Of a stretch of DNA of 25,248 nucleotides, positions 1 through 8,435 are shown one piece after another. The notes beneath the pieces are model-generated. The model ran no database searches, was not told the DNA's origin, and saw only the letters and a list, made by a program, of their open reading frames with translations. Numbering within the stretch: the first letter of the stretch is position 1; every line of letters starts with the position of its first letter. A program made the position numbers and the translations under genes. The stretch is taken from positions 1 to 25,248 of IMG/VR virus record IMGVR_UViG_2700989400_000006, one strand, 5' to 3'. The stretch is from a virus. Taxonomy: Duplodnaviria > Heunggongvirae > Uroviricota > Caudoviricetes.

Positions 1-1344
1 TGCACCATTCCGGCGGGTATAGGTTTTATTGATGGCCTCATCCACACGCAGCAGCGTCTGTTCATCGTCGTGGCGACCCATAATAATCTGCCGGTCAATC
101 AGCCAACTTTCCTCACCCGGCCCCCATCCCCATACGCGCATTTCGTAGCGGTCCAGCTGGGAGTCGATACCGGCGGTCAGGTAAGCCACACGGTCAGGAA
201 CGGGCGCTGAATAATGCTCTTTCCGCTCTGCCATCACTTCAGCATCCGGACGTTCGCCAATTTTCGCCTCCCACGTCTCACCGAGCGTGGTGTTTACGAA
301 GGTTTTACGTTTTCCCGTATCCCCTTTCGTTTTCATCCAGTCTTTGACAATCTGCACCCAAGTGGTGAACGGGCTGTACGCCGTCCAGATGTGAAAGGTC
401 ACGCTGTCCGGCGGCTCAATCTCTTCACCGGATGACGAAAACCAGAGAATGCCATCACGGGTCCAGATCCCGGTCTTTTCGCAGATATAACGGGCATCAG
501 TAAAGTCCAGCTCCTGCTGACGGATGACGCAGGCATTATGCTCGCAGAGATAAAACACGCTGGAGGGATCATCCGGCGTCCATTTGAGGCCAAACGGCGT
601 CTCTTTATCGCCAAATTTAAGGTACTGCTCCTCCCCGCAGTGCGGGCAGGCAACATGAAAACGCATAAAATGCGGGGATTCACTGGCTGCACGCTCAATC
701 TGGCAGGTGCCTCTCACTTTGGGGGTGGAGCCACGGATGGACTTTGGCCAGACCGAGCCTTCAATACGTTTGTCGCCAAGGAACGTCGGAGAGCCTTCCT
801 GTTCAATATCCTCATCAAAGGCAGCAAGTTCATCATAACCCGCCACATCCACCGACTTTTCACGGTAGTTTTTTGCCGCTTTACCGCCCAGGCACCAGAA
901 GCCACGACCATTGGAAAAACGCTTCATGGTGAGCGTGTTATCCCGGTGCTTTTTGCCATACCACGGAGCCAGCGCCAGCAGCAACGGAATATCGCGGATG
1001 GTCGGCTCAACGTGGGTTTTCATAAAGTTCTCGGCATCACCATCCGTCGGCAACCAGATAAGTGTGTTGCGCTGCTTATGCTCTATGAAGTAGGCATAAA
1101 CACCCAACAGCATTTTGGAATAACCAACACGGGCAGACTTCACCACATTCACCTCGCGGATGTAGTCGCTGCCCATCGCATTCATGATGGCCCGCTGAAA
1201 GGGCAGTGTTTCCCAGCGCCCTTCCTGGTATGCGGATTCTTTCGGGAGATAGTAATTAGCATCCGCCCATTCAACGGGGGTCATTGGCAATGGTCTTTTC
1301 AGGACTGAGAGACCCGCCTTCACTGCCAATACGAAATTATTCAT
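1..1344 (-). CDS. Terminase large subunit (lambda gpA-like), N-terminal 448 codons; 3' end runs off the window start
   Basis: Reverse-strand frame opens with ATG at 1344-1342 and is open to position 1. Translation (MNNFVLAVKAGLSVLKRPLPMTPVEWADANYYLPKESAYQEGRWETLPFQRAIMNAMGSDYIREVNVVKSARVGYSKML...NKTYTRRNGA) matches my recollection of lambda gpA almost residue for residue after the first ~20 aa. Missing from the ORF track because no stop lies in the window. The listed plus ORF 538..1308 is its antisense shadow. Confidence 0.9.
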   Translation of the reverse strand, partial: MNNFVLAVKAGLSVLKRPLPMTPVEWADANYYLPKESAYQEGRWETLPFQRAIMNAMGSDYIREVNVVKSARVGYSKMLLGVYAYFIEHKQRNTLIWLPTDGDAENFMKTHVEPTIRDIPLLLALAPWYGKKHRDNTLTMKRFSNGRGFWCLGGKAAKNYREKSVDVAGYDELAAFDEDIEQEGSPTFLGDKRIEGSVWPKSIRGSTPKVRGTCQIERAASESPHFMRFHVACPHCGEEQYLKFGDKETPFGLKWTPDDPSSVFYLCEHNACVIRQQELDFTDARYICEKTGIWTRDGILWFSSSGEEIEPPDSVTFHIWTAYSPFTTWVQIVKDWMKTKGDTGKRKTFVNTTLGETWEAKIGERPDAEVMAERKEHYSAPVPDRVAYLTAGIDSQLDRYEMRVWGWGPGEESWLIDRQIIMGRHDDEQTLLRVDEAINKTYTRRNGA

Positions 1345-1867
1345 CTGTATTTCTGTAATACTCATCCGCAAATTCCTTCATTTTTTCAGCGGACTCAACG
1401 CATTTATTAGCCCCCTTCGCAACCAGCTCTTTTAGATAAGCCAATTGTCTGCCTGTCAATTCAGGGAATTTTCTTTGCATCGAAAGCGGAATACTGTCCA
1501 AAACAGATGCCAGTTCTCCGGATAACCGGGACAGGGCAAAAATAGAGAAAGCTGTATCAATCACCTTATGCTCTGCAACCTGGTTTTTTAACCGCTGAGC
1601 AATAGCCTGTTCTTCCGTCAGGTTAACCCTGGCCTGAAGTAGCCTTTCCTCAAGATCATTTTCACCACCTGAAGATTTCTGGTTTTGTTGACGTCGCTCG
1701 CGATCTATCTCCAGTACAGTTTTAACGTCATAGAAAACCTCTCTCCCCCGGCGCTCAACAGGAGGAACACCCCATTTATCAAATGCCTGTACTGAGATAC
1801 CGATGGAGGAGGCCATGTCGCTTTTATTCAATAAAAAGGCCACAGCCCCTCCATAAACCACCGGCAA
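1337..1867 (-). CDS. Terminase small subunit (Nu1-like)
   Basis: 176-aa ORF immediately downstream of cos on the phage strand, stop overlapping the large-subunit ATG (ATGA). C-terminal two thirds (VIDTAFSIFALSRLSGELASVLDSIPLSMQRKFPELTG) resemble lambda Nu1 (VVETAFCTFVLSRIAGEIASILDGLPLSVQRRFPELEN); N-terminus looks like the Nu1 winged-HTH. Exact start codon uncertain. Confidence 0.7.
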   Translation of the reverse strand: MPVVYGGAVAFLLNKSDMASSIGISVQAFDKWGVPPVERRGREVFYDVKTVLEIDRERRQQNQKSSGGENDLEERLLQARVNLTEEQAIAQRLKNQVAEHKVIDTAFSIFALSRLSGELASVLDSIPLSMQRKFPELTGRQLAYLKELVAKGANKCVESAEKMKEFADEYYRNTDE

Positions 1868-2048
1868 AAAAGCAATACAACAACCACGTTTTTTGTAAAA
1901 CCCTCTGATTTTACATGCTTTTTCGTATAAGAAAGATCATCAGGTTGTTGTGTTTATTTTTCTTTCTTATTACTTATCAAGTAGATATATCAAACGATAA
2001 AACAACAACCATCACCTCAAAAAAACTCGTAAATAGCGAAAACCCGCG

Positions 2049-2060
2049 AGGTCGCCGCCC
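2049..2060 (-). other. cosN cohesive-end sequence (12-nt, lambda-type) within a cos region spanning roughly 1868-2110
   Basis: Plus strand 2021-2060 is the reverse complement of GGGCGGCGACCTCGCGGGTTTTCGCTATTT, which I recall as the left end of the lambda genome; 2049-2060 = AGGTCGCCGCCC is the complement of the 12-nt cohesive end. The flank at 2061-2100 (CGGATCACCGGAAAGGACCCG) resembles the lambda right-end/cosQ side. Confidence 0.8.
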
Positions 2061-2236
2061 CGTAGCCTGCCGGATCACCGGAAAGGACCCGCAAAACCGA
2101 GAATAAGTATCAATACTATTTGTGATTTGAATGATGCACATCATTGAAACGCCATTCATCCATATACCAGCAGCAGTCGGTGTTGCACTTCGTAACTCTG
2201 TGACTACGGTTATAAAAGCATTGGCAACTTTTGCCA

Positions 2237-2274
2237 CCGGCAAGTCTTCAATGGATTTCCCCTGCCGGTTTTTT
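2237..2274 (+). terminator. Hairpin followed by T-run (CCGGCA...TGCCGG then TTTTTTATTTT)
   Basis: 6-bp stem with a ~20-nt loop followed by T6; seen on the plus strand only. Confidence 0.35.
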
Positions 2275-2370
2275 ATTTTCGTCGATGCATAACATTGCAT
2301 TTACATCAATAGCAGCTATTGTCATTAGTATGTTGCATCGATGCATGGGTGGTATTGGCGGTCTTCGCCG

Positions 2371-2405
2371 ACCGGTTCTGTGTAGCTCCCTATGACCGGT
2401 TTTTT
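2371..2405 (+). terminator. Hairpin followed by T-run (ACCGGT...ACCGGT then TTTTTATTT)
   Basis: Two copies of the palindromic hexamer ACCGGT separated by 18 nt, followed by T5; the CCGGTTTTTTATTT unit is a direct repeat of 2262-2276. Confidence 0.35.
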
Positions 2406-2620
2406 ATTTCTAAGATTACAGAAGCCCTTCACTGTATGAAGGGCTTATGTAACTCTTCTTACTTAGTAATTTTCGCACCTTCCGGTATTTCCATGAGTTG
2501 AGAAAACCTCATACTATCCGACAATAATCATCAATATACGATAAAGACATCTGACCAGATTGCAGTATTAAAAGCACTCATGCAGACTACGCCCCTCATA
2601 TCATATACAAGGGGATACTG

Positions 2621-3031
2621 ATGGCTCAGGTTGCCATTTTTAAAGAAATATTTGATCAAGTGCGGAAAGATTTAAACTGTGACCGGTTTTACTCTGAACT
2701 AAAACGCCACAATGTCTCACATTACATTTACTATTTAGCCACAGGTAATATTCACATTGTATTTGAGAGCGATAACACGGTGTTAATAAAAGGTTTCCAT
2801 GATGTTATTCATGTTAGCTTTTGCAGAGACACGCGACTTATAGAAACTTACCTTCATAAGTTGAAATCAAGAGAAATCACATTTCATGAATACAGGGTAA
2901 ATCTGGCTAAAGCTGGAGTTTTCCGATGGGTTACAAATATCCACGAACACAAAAGATATTACTATACCTTTGACAACTCATTATTGTTTACCGAAAGCAT
3001 CCAGAACACGACTCAAATTTTTCCACGCTAA
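2621..3031 (+). CDS. Hypothetical moron protein, YbcV-like (DUF1398-type as I recall)
   Basis: 136-aa ORF on the strand opposite the late genes, AT-rich, located between cos and bor as ybcV is in E. coli DLP12 (from memory). Confidence 0.5.
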   Translation: MAQVAIFKEIFDQVRKDLNCDRFYSELKRHNVSHYIYYLATGNIHIVFESDNTVLIKGFHDVIHVSFCRDTRLIETYLHKLKSREITFHEYRVNLAKAGVFRWVTNIHEHKRYYYTFDNSLLFTESIQNTTQIFPR

Positions 3032-3255
3032 ACCATAACGTCCGGTTTGATCCGCCTCAGTAGCCGGCACTCCCACACAGGAGTTACCAGTCGGTGCTGT
3101 GGCCATAGTTAATCTGGGTATACAGTAAAGATACAGCACATCTGGCATACTTTAATAAACATTAACAATATGAGATTTCAACTCATTGTTTAGGTTTTGT
3201 TTAAATTTCCACAAATACGATGCACCAAACTTAAAAACACAACGGGAATCACACG

Positions 3256-3549
3256 ATGAAAAAAACGCTACTCACTTTCACACTGGCGCTGCTTATCTCT
3301 GGATGTGCTCAACAGACGTTTACAGTTGAAAACAAACCTACAACAGTAACACCGAAGGAAACCATCACTCATCATTTCTTCGTTTCAGGAATTGGTCAGA
3401 AGAAAACTGTCGATGCAGCCAAAATTTGTGGTGGCGCAGATAAAGTTGTTAAAACTGAAACCCAGCAAACATTCGTAAATGGATTGCTCGGTTTTATTAC
3501 TTTAGGCATTTATACTCCGCTTGAAGCTCGGGTCTATTGCTCACAATAA
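3256..3549 (+). CDS. bor: Bor lipoprotein (serum-resistance, Iss family)
   Basis: 97-aa ORF MKKTLLTFTLALLISGCAQQTFTVENKP...ITLGIYTPLEARVYCSQ with lipobox LISGC; near-identical to my recollection of lambda Bor; transcribed opposite to the late operon as in lambda. Confidence 0.9.
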   Translation: MKKTLLTFTLALLISGCAQQTFTVENKPTTVTPKETITHHFFVSGIGQKKTVDAAKICGGADKVVKTETQQTFVNGLLGFITLGIYTPLEARVYCSQ

Positions 3550-3558
3550 TTACATGCG

Positions 3559-3586
3559 CTGCCCATCAATATGGGCAGTTTTATTT
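3559..3586 (+). terminator. Intrinsic terminator downstream of bor
   Basis: Perfect 8-bp stem CTGCCCAT/ATGGGCAG with 4-nt loop CAAT followed by TTTTATTT, 10 nt after the bor stop. Confidence 0.65.
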
Positions 3587-3631
3587 ACACTGTTAACCCC
3601 TTGGTTGTTTCAGCCGCCGGGGTTTTACTTG

Positions 3632-3880
3632 TTATTCACTGGTATGAGTACGACATCTGGCCATTTCATTCCGGGCTTTACTGTCGCCGCGACAGATGCA
3701 ACGCATCGTATCGCCGTTCAGCGTAGTGATATAAGCCTCATCCGTTTTCTCTACCTGCAAACATGAAATATTCCCGTTCCGGCAATACTCAATTTTTGCT
3801 GCCAGATGGGTATTACGCGGGTAAAACTCCATACGATACATATCCCCCCAGGACATGCACTTCCTCAACCTGACGACCAT
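3632..3880 (-). CDS. Hypothetical protein (82 aa) downstream of the endolysin; coding status uncertain
   Basis: ORF from the track; no transmembrane segment or lipobox, so not a recognisable spanin. An alternative 33-codon ORF (3813-3914) with a GGAGG Shine-Dalgarno overlaps in another frame. Confidence 0.3.
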   Translation of the reverse strand: MVVRLRKCMSWGDMYRMEFYPRNTHLAAKIEYCRNGNISCLQVEKTDEAYITTLNGDTMRCICRGDSKARNEMARCRTHTSE

Positions 3881-3946
3881 CTTCAGTTACCGTAATCTTT
3901 TTCAGTGCGTACATACGTACCTCCGTTCTTTCGTTTTTTGAACAAT

Positions 3947-3967
3947 AAAAAAGCCACCGAAGTGACC
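3947..3967 (-). terminator. Putative intrinsic terminator after the endolysin gene (minus strand)
   Basis: Minus-strand RNA would read GGUCAC-UUCG-GUGGCU (6-bp stem with two G.U pairs, UUCG tetraloop) followed by UUUUUUAUU. The same stem on the plus strand would carry A-C mismatches, so it is strand-specific. Confidence 0.45.
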
Positions 3968-3979
3968 TTTTCGATGAGT

Positions 3980-4534
3980 TTATAAACCAACGCGCTCTTT
4001 CATCCAGCCATAGACAAACGACTCGTTAGCCTCGCGTTTCTCGGCCAGCGCCAGATAACGCTCACCCTGCGTACAGTTCAGGGCTTTCACCAGTACCAGT
4101 TCGCCATCCCTGCCGCGATTTTTCAGATAAGAACGTAACGCATTAATGGTTCGCGGCCCGATCCCCCCGTCTGTAACTATGTCCGGATACAGCATTCCCT
4201 TCTGATTAAACACATTCAGCCAGCGCTGAAGCATTTTTGTGGCTACCGACGGCCCCATGTTTACCCCGGTATCACACAGTTCTGCAGCAATATCAGGAGA
4301 CAGGTTTGCCACCTGGTCAAAACGAGGTCCATACCAATAGTCTGCCTCAAGGATTTCCAGAGCCTGCCCGCGGCTCAAATCACGCATATCACCACGGTAA
4401 CCATGCGCGCGCGCCACTTTTTCAGTAATTCCCCACTTCGTCGCTCCGCCTGTATCGTCAGGATGACTGACATACCCCCCCTCTTTTCCGAGGATTTCAT
4501 CAAAAATTTCATCTCTCGATTTCATATCAGCCAC
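3980..4534 (-). CDS. Endolysin, glycoside hydrolase family 108-like with C-terminal peptidoglycan-binding domain
   Basis: 184-aa ORF; N-terminal motif EILGKEGGYVSHPDDTGGATKWGIT is the GH108 signature as I recall it; no N-terminal hydrophobic (SAR) segment; start overlaps the stop of the upstream membrane-protein gene. Confidence 0.8.
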   Translation of the reverse strand: MADMKSRDEIFDEILGKEGGYVSHPDDTGGATKWGITEKVARAHGYRGDMRDLSRGQALEILEADYWYGPRFDQVANLSPDIAAELCDTGVNMGPSVATKMLQRWLNVFNQKGMLYPDIVTDGGIGPRTINALRSYLKNRGRDGELVLVKALNCTQGERYLALAEKREANESFVYGWMKERVGL

Positions 4535-4805
4535 TCAGGAAAGCAAAAATTTTTGAAACATTACCGCGCGCACGCACTACCATGACACCAAACACCAGGT
4601 TCAGCATCACTACCAGCCAGTCTGCCGGCAACGGATGACCACAGAGATAACTTAACGGCGTTATCGCATACAACAGCATCAGACACCAGGCGCACCACGA
4701 TATCAGCGGTTTGTGTCGGGACTCTTTTCTGCGGTAGAAAAAAAGCGTCAGTACGATAACCGTACATAACGCCGCATTCAGTAATCCTGGAAGATTATTT
4801 GTCAT
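4527..4805 (-). CDS. Lysis-cassette membrane protein (holin/antiholin-like)
   Basis: Start chosen at ATG 4805 (MTNNLPGLLNAALCTVIVLTLFFYRRK...) preceded by GGAGGAGG; the track start 4823 is GTG. Two to three predicted hydrophobic helices; 8-nt overlap with the endolysin start. Confidence 0.5.
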   Translation of the reverse strand: MTNNLPGLLNAALCTVIVLTLFFYRRKESRHKPLISWCAWCLMLLYAITPLSYLCGHPLPADWLVVMLNLVFGVMVVRARGNVSKIFAFLSG

Positions 4806-5187
4806 TACCACCACCTCCTCCACGCTGACGGGAGAACAGACCGGATACCAGTGATGTAATCTCCTGCTGGTGGATGAATGACAGGACTTTTACTGAGAGC
4901 ACCGACACCAGGACCGCACACAACGCATCAACGGAAGCACTGTTAAACCCAATACGTTCCGCCATGTAACCGGCCACACCACGGGCCCCAAGCACACCAA
5001 CAATAAAGGACACCAGAAAATGTGCAGCCACACGCCAGGCTGAAAGTGTCTGCGGCATTGTTGCCACAAATAACGCACCAGCGAACGCACCAAATACAAT
5101 CCCGAAATCCGTCCCGGTAAACAGCCCGAATACCGTCGCCCCGCCGAGCGCCACAGCAGTGCCGGAACCGGATAAGGGTTCAGACAT
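4795..5187 (-). CDS. Holin-like membrane protein (Gly/Ala-rich, ~131 aa)
   Basis: Start chosen at ATG 5187 (MSEPLSGSG...) with AGGAGA 6 nt upstream rather than the track start 5217; several Gly/Ala-rich hydrophobic segments; sits at the head of the endolysin module. Confidence 0.55.
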   Translation of the reverse strand: MSEPLSGSGTAVALGGATVFGLFTGTDFGIVFGAFAGALFVATMPQTLSAWRVAAHFLVSFIVGVLGARGVAGYMAERIGFNSASVDALCAVLVSVLSVKVLSFIHQQEITSLVSGLFSRQRGGGGGNDK

Positions 5188-5272
5188 ATTTATTCTCCTG
5201 TAAATAAAAAGGACCATCAGCGGCCCTAAAAAACTTTATCAAAGGTACCCGCAGATACCTTTTGTAGGCTGT

Positions 5273-5425
5273 TTATTCAGATTTGCGAAGTAAAGGCCAG
5301 AGTAAGACCGTTACCATCGCCACCAGCACACCATCAGCCAGTACCGACATCAGCCATCCAGTGAAATCCACTGCCACTACCAGAAACAACAGGATGGCAG
5401 CCAGCACAAGGCCCGCACTTTTCAC
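5273..5425 (-). CDS. Small hydrophobic peptide (50 aa), possible membrane peptide of the lysis module
   Basis: GTG start overlapping the TGA stop of the TerB-like gene (GTGA); translation VKSAGLVLAAILLFLVVAVDFTGWLMSVLADGVLVAMVTVLLWPLLRKSE is almost entirely hydrophobic. Below the ORF-track size cut-off. Confidence 0.3.
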   Translation of the reverse strand: MKSAGLVLAAILLFLVVAVDFTGWLMSVLADGVLVAMVTVLLWPLLRKSE

Positions 5426-5847
5426 AGATACTGCTCCAGTGGTAACTGAAGCGCCTGTGCAATTTTCTTGAGCTGCGCTTCTTCATCCGGACCAATGCCA
5501 TCCTGATCAGCGATATCCAGACAGAGGCAAAGCACGTCAACCGCCTCAGTTGTCCCCGCCACATCAGCCAGCTCACGCAATGCATGCGCATTCGCACTAC
5601 GCGGTGACGCTTCATAACGGGCGCGGATATTGGCGCTCATCTGGGCAATCTCACCAGAGAACGGTGCAAAAGCAGGAAGCGCAGCAATAGTTTTCTCCAG
5701 TACTGCGATTTCTTTCGCATCGCAGGTGCCGTCGGCATATGCAATGGAATATGCGCCCCAGACGGTCGCCTCCACCGCATCACGGTTCTCCATCTTCTTC
5801 ACTTCTGTGATGGCCTTGCGGGTTTTCTTTTTGAAAATACCTAACAT
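5422..5847 (-). CDS. TerB-like (tellurite-resistance TerB fold) protein
   Basis: 141-aa ORF; C-terminal DIADQDGIGPDEEAQLKKIAQALQLP resembles the acidic helix motif of TerB-family proteins as I recall them. Confidence 0.55.
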   Translation of the reverse strand: MLGIFKKKTRKAITEVKKMENRDAVEATVWGAYSIAYADGTCDAKEIAVLEKTIAALPAFAPFSGEIAQMSANIRARYEASPRSANAHALRELADVAGTTEAVDVLCLCLDIADQDGIGPDEEAQLKKIAQALQLPLEQYL

Positions 5848-5981
5848 CGTGACTTTTCCTTTGCGTAGACGAGCCTGCGCCAGATGGTTACCAGTCCACA
5901 GTGAAAGTCACACTGACAATCCCGTAAGCACCTCCTGAAAGGCTCTGTGTTTTTGATGTGCGCCAGGTGTGGCTCAGATAC

Positions 5982-6005
5982 AAAAAAAGCTCGCCGTAGC
6001 GAGCT
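5982..6005 (-). terminator. Intrinsic terminator (minus strand) after the 92-aa gene
   Basis: Minus-strand RNA: AGCUCGC-UACG-GCGAGCU (perfect 7-bp stem) followed by UUUUUU; 24 nt downstream of the stop at 6029. Confidence 0.6.
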
Positions 6006-6028
6006 AACAGAAAATATGAAGCATGTTT

Positions 6029-6307
6029 TTATCCACGAAGTATGACGTTGAATTCATCCATACCGACACGGCTGGCTATCTCGTTGTATTCCTCAACAAG
6101 AGCCAGCAATTCTGAATTAGCAGCCATGAACTCTTCAAAAACCTTATGGATGGCATCACTGTTTAATAAAACAATGTTCTTTCCTGAAAGGCGATCAGGG
6201 GTAGAAAATATAACTGTCAAACGACTAAAGGCCCTGGCTCGTTCAGCATTAACATCCTCAATACGCTGCAACAAGCTGGAGCACCTGGAAATATCATCAA
6301 TATTCAC
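6029..6307 (-). CDS. Hypothetical protein (92 aa)
   Basis: ORF from the track, co-oriented with the late operon and followed by a strong intrinsic terminator; no recognisable motif. Confidence 0.5.
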   Translation of the reverse strand: MNIDDISRCSSLLQRIEDVNAERARAFSRLTVIFSTPDRLSGKNIVLLNSDAIHKVFEEFMAANSELLALVEEYNEIASRVGMDEFNVILRG

Positions 6308-6827
6308 TCTACTCCTGTCATCTGGATGATAATCATTTCACGGAGAGAAGCACTCAGAAGTACCACTGAAGTATAACTGGTGACCAGCTGCTTACACATC
6401 TGTTGCCATCCTGCTGATGATAAGTCGATATTAACCCTTCTGTCTATAAACGAAACAAAGGATAAGTTCAGGTTTTAAACACACTGCCAGGATAAAGTAT
6501 TGTATACAGTATAGAAGAGCGTTATTGAATGACATAAAAAACCAGACCTAATCCCTTATCCGGAAGATATATCAAATAAACGGGGAAAATGTATTAAGAT
6601 GGCGTTCCTATTCTCTCCATCCCTGATGTCCACGTAACTCGTTATAGAATCAGAACGCCATCTGAATACACAGAAAAAAAGCTGGCTTCACACCCTCCTG
6701 CATGTGTGAACGCAGTGCCCGACCACGTGCTTTCGCAACCAGCGAAAATCAGTTTTAAATACCGAAAAACGATAAGAATATATCAGAACTTCCAAGCATC
6801 CTGCTTGGCTTAGATATTAATCGAGGA

Positions 6828-7913
6828 TTAGCTCCTGTTCTTATCTAATTGTGCATTTCGCAATTTATCGTTCAGCACCAATATTTCACCAACTGTTTGT
6901 TCAAAACGCCCGGACTCAAGTTCAACCCCAATCGTGCGACGCCCCAATCCCATTGCTGCTTTTATTGTTGCCCCCGATCCCATAAAAAAATCCGCAACCA
7001 CATCCCCCGGACGACTGCTGGCAGAAATTATCTGACGCAACATATCCGCCGGTTTTTCGCAGGGATGCTTACCCGGATAATACTGTACGGGCTTATGCGT
7101 CCAGACATCCGTATAAGGAACGGCGGCCGATACAGAAAAATAACGCCGCAGAGATTTGTATTCCTCAAGCAGACTGGCATATTGCCGGTTCAGTTCACTG
7201 TATGTGCTGACCAGCAGTTGGTGTGGCGTTGCCAGCTCCCCACGCTGGTGTTTTTCTTCTGCAACACGCGCGAACAGCGCCTGCAGTTTTCTGTAATCAG
7301 CTTCGTTCGGTAACTGCCACTGACTGGTACCAAACCAGTGCGACACCATGTTTTTCTTTCCGGTGGCTTCCGCTATCTGTTTGGACGTTATTCCCAGTGA
7401 TTCACGCGCATCACGAAAGTAAAAAATCAGCGGGGCCATGACGTGTTGTTTAAGCTCGCGCTCCTTTGCCGCATAGCCGGCATTTTTTGGCTGATATGGC
7501 CACTGATAATGTTCGGCAAACAGAATGCGCTCTGTTGCCGGGAAATACGCCCGCAGGCTTTCTTTGTTGCACCCGTTCCAGCGTCCGGACGGCTTCGCCC
7601 AGATAATGTGGTTCAGCACATTAAAGCGCTCACGCATCATGATTTCGATATCAGATGCCAGGCGATGACCACAAAACAGGTAAAGACTTCCGGCAGGCTT
7701 CAGTACCCGCCAGAACTGAGCCAGACACTGGTCCAGCCATTTTAGGTAATCATCGTCGCCCTTCCACTGGTTATCCCAGCCCTCGGGCTTCACTTTAAAA
7801 TATGGCGGGTCTGTGACTATAAGATCGACAGAGTTTTCCGATAAGGTCTGGATAAATTCCAGGCAATCAGTGTTGATTAACTCACAACTGGATATTTTTA
7901 CAGTATTAGCCAT
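6828..7913 (-). CDS. DNA methyltransferase, N6-adenine/N4-cytosine class
   Basis: 361-aa ORF with the catalytic DPPY motif (LIVTDPPYF) near the N-terminus and a glycine-rich AdoMet-binding motif near the C-terminus (FFMGSGAT); this order is typical of the N6_N4 methyltransferase family. Confidence 0.9.
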   Translation of the reverse strand: MANTVKISSCELINTDCLEFIQTLSENSVDLIVTDPPYFKVKPEGWDNQWKGDDDYLKWLDQCLAQFWRVLKPAGSLYLFCGHRLASDIEIMMRERFNVLNHIIWAKPSGRWNGCNKESLRAYFPATERILFAEHYQWPYQPKNAGYAAKERELKQHVMAPLIFYFRDARESLGITSKQIAEATGKKNMVSHWFGTSQWQLPNEADYRKLQALFARVAEEKHQRGELATPHQLLVSTYSELNRQYASLLEEYKSLRRYFSVSAAVPYTDVWTHKPVQYYPGKHPCEKPADMLRQIISASSRPGDVVADFFMGSGATIKAAMGLGRRTIGVELESGRFEQTVGEILVLNDKLRNAQLDKNRS

Positions 7914-8063
7914 AGATCAATAAGCACTTCTCTGATAGGCTCATACCGCTTTTGCGCAAAGCAGATGGGCCTGAGGTTTGCTTGTGACCTCAACACATGA
8001 GCAGATGGCTGGCAGGTGCCGCTAACACCCACCAGCCGCCCATTACCACAAAGTAAAAAGCCT

Positions 8064-8261
8064 TCACTGCGGAAGGCGTCTGTAACAACCGAACTGATAA
8101 TCTGCCAGACCCGCCATCACAAGCTGGGTCAGTATTAACTGGCAGCGTTCGCGTGAAAGGTAAGTATTCTGCGCAATTTCCCCAACTGTTGCCGGTTCAG
8201 TGACGCTTAATTCATTAAACACCACTCTGGCTGTTTCGGTCATATCCTGCTGTTTTAGCAT
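8064..8261 (-). CDS. Hypothetical small protein (65 aa), possible winged-helix fold
   Basis: ORF from the track; the segment TVGEIAQNTYLSRERCQLILTQLVMAGL looks like a helix-turn-helix recognition unit. Weak evidence. Confidence 0.4.
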   Translation of the reverse strand: MLKQQDMTETARVVFNELSVTEPATVGEIAQNTYLSRERCQLILTQLVMAGLADYQFGCYRRLPQ

Positions 8262-8435
8262 GTCTTTTTCTCTTTATTGGTTAACGTGACATACCAATAA
8301 CTCTTGTCGAAAAAGCCAGCAAGCTGAAAGACCGGTATTAATAACCACCAGCACATTTTATGTACCACACCATTTTTCTGGCATAAAAAAACCGCTCAAT
8401 GCCGGGCAGTAAAAATCTTCATTACTCAAGAAATT

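Noticed and set aside
538-1308. 256-aa plus-strand ORF from the track
   Set aside because: Lies entirely antisense to the lambda-like terminase large-subunit frame, which is near-identical to a known protein; the translation has no protein-like character.
1977-2300. 107-aa minus-strand ORF spanning the cos site
   Set aside because: Crosses cosN and the repeat-rich non-coding region; no Shine-Dalgarno and an implausible composition.
3813-3914. 33-codon ORF (MYALKKITVTEDGRQVEEVHVLGGYVSYGVLPA) with GGAGG Shine-Dalgarno downstream of the endolysin
   Set aside because: Too short and featureless to call; overlaps the 82-aa ORF in another frame, so at most one is real. Mentioned in the lysis-cassette finding rather than annotated.
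6849-7745. Plus-strand ORFs inside the methyltransferase gene (6849..7313, 7223..7441, 7443..7745)
   Set aside because: Antisense to a gene with clear catalytic motifs; no translation signals.
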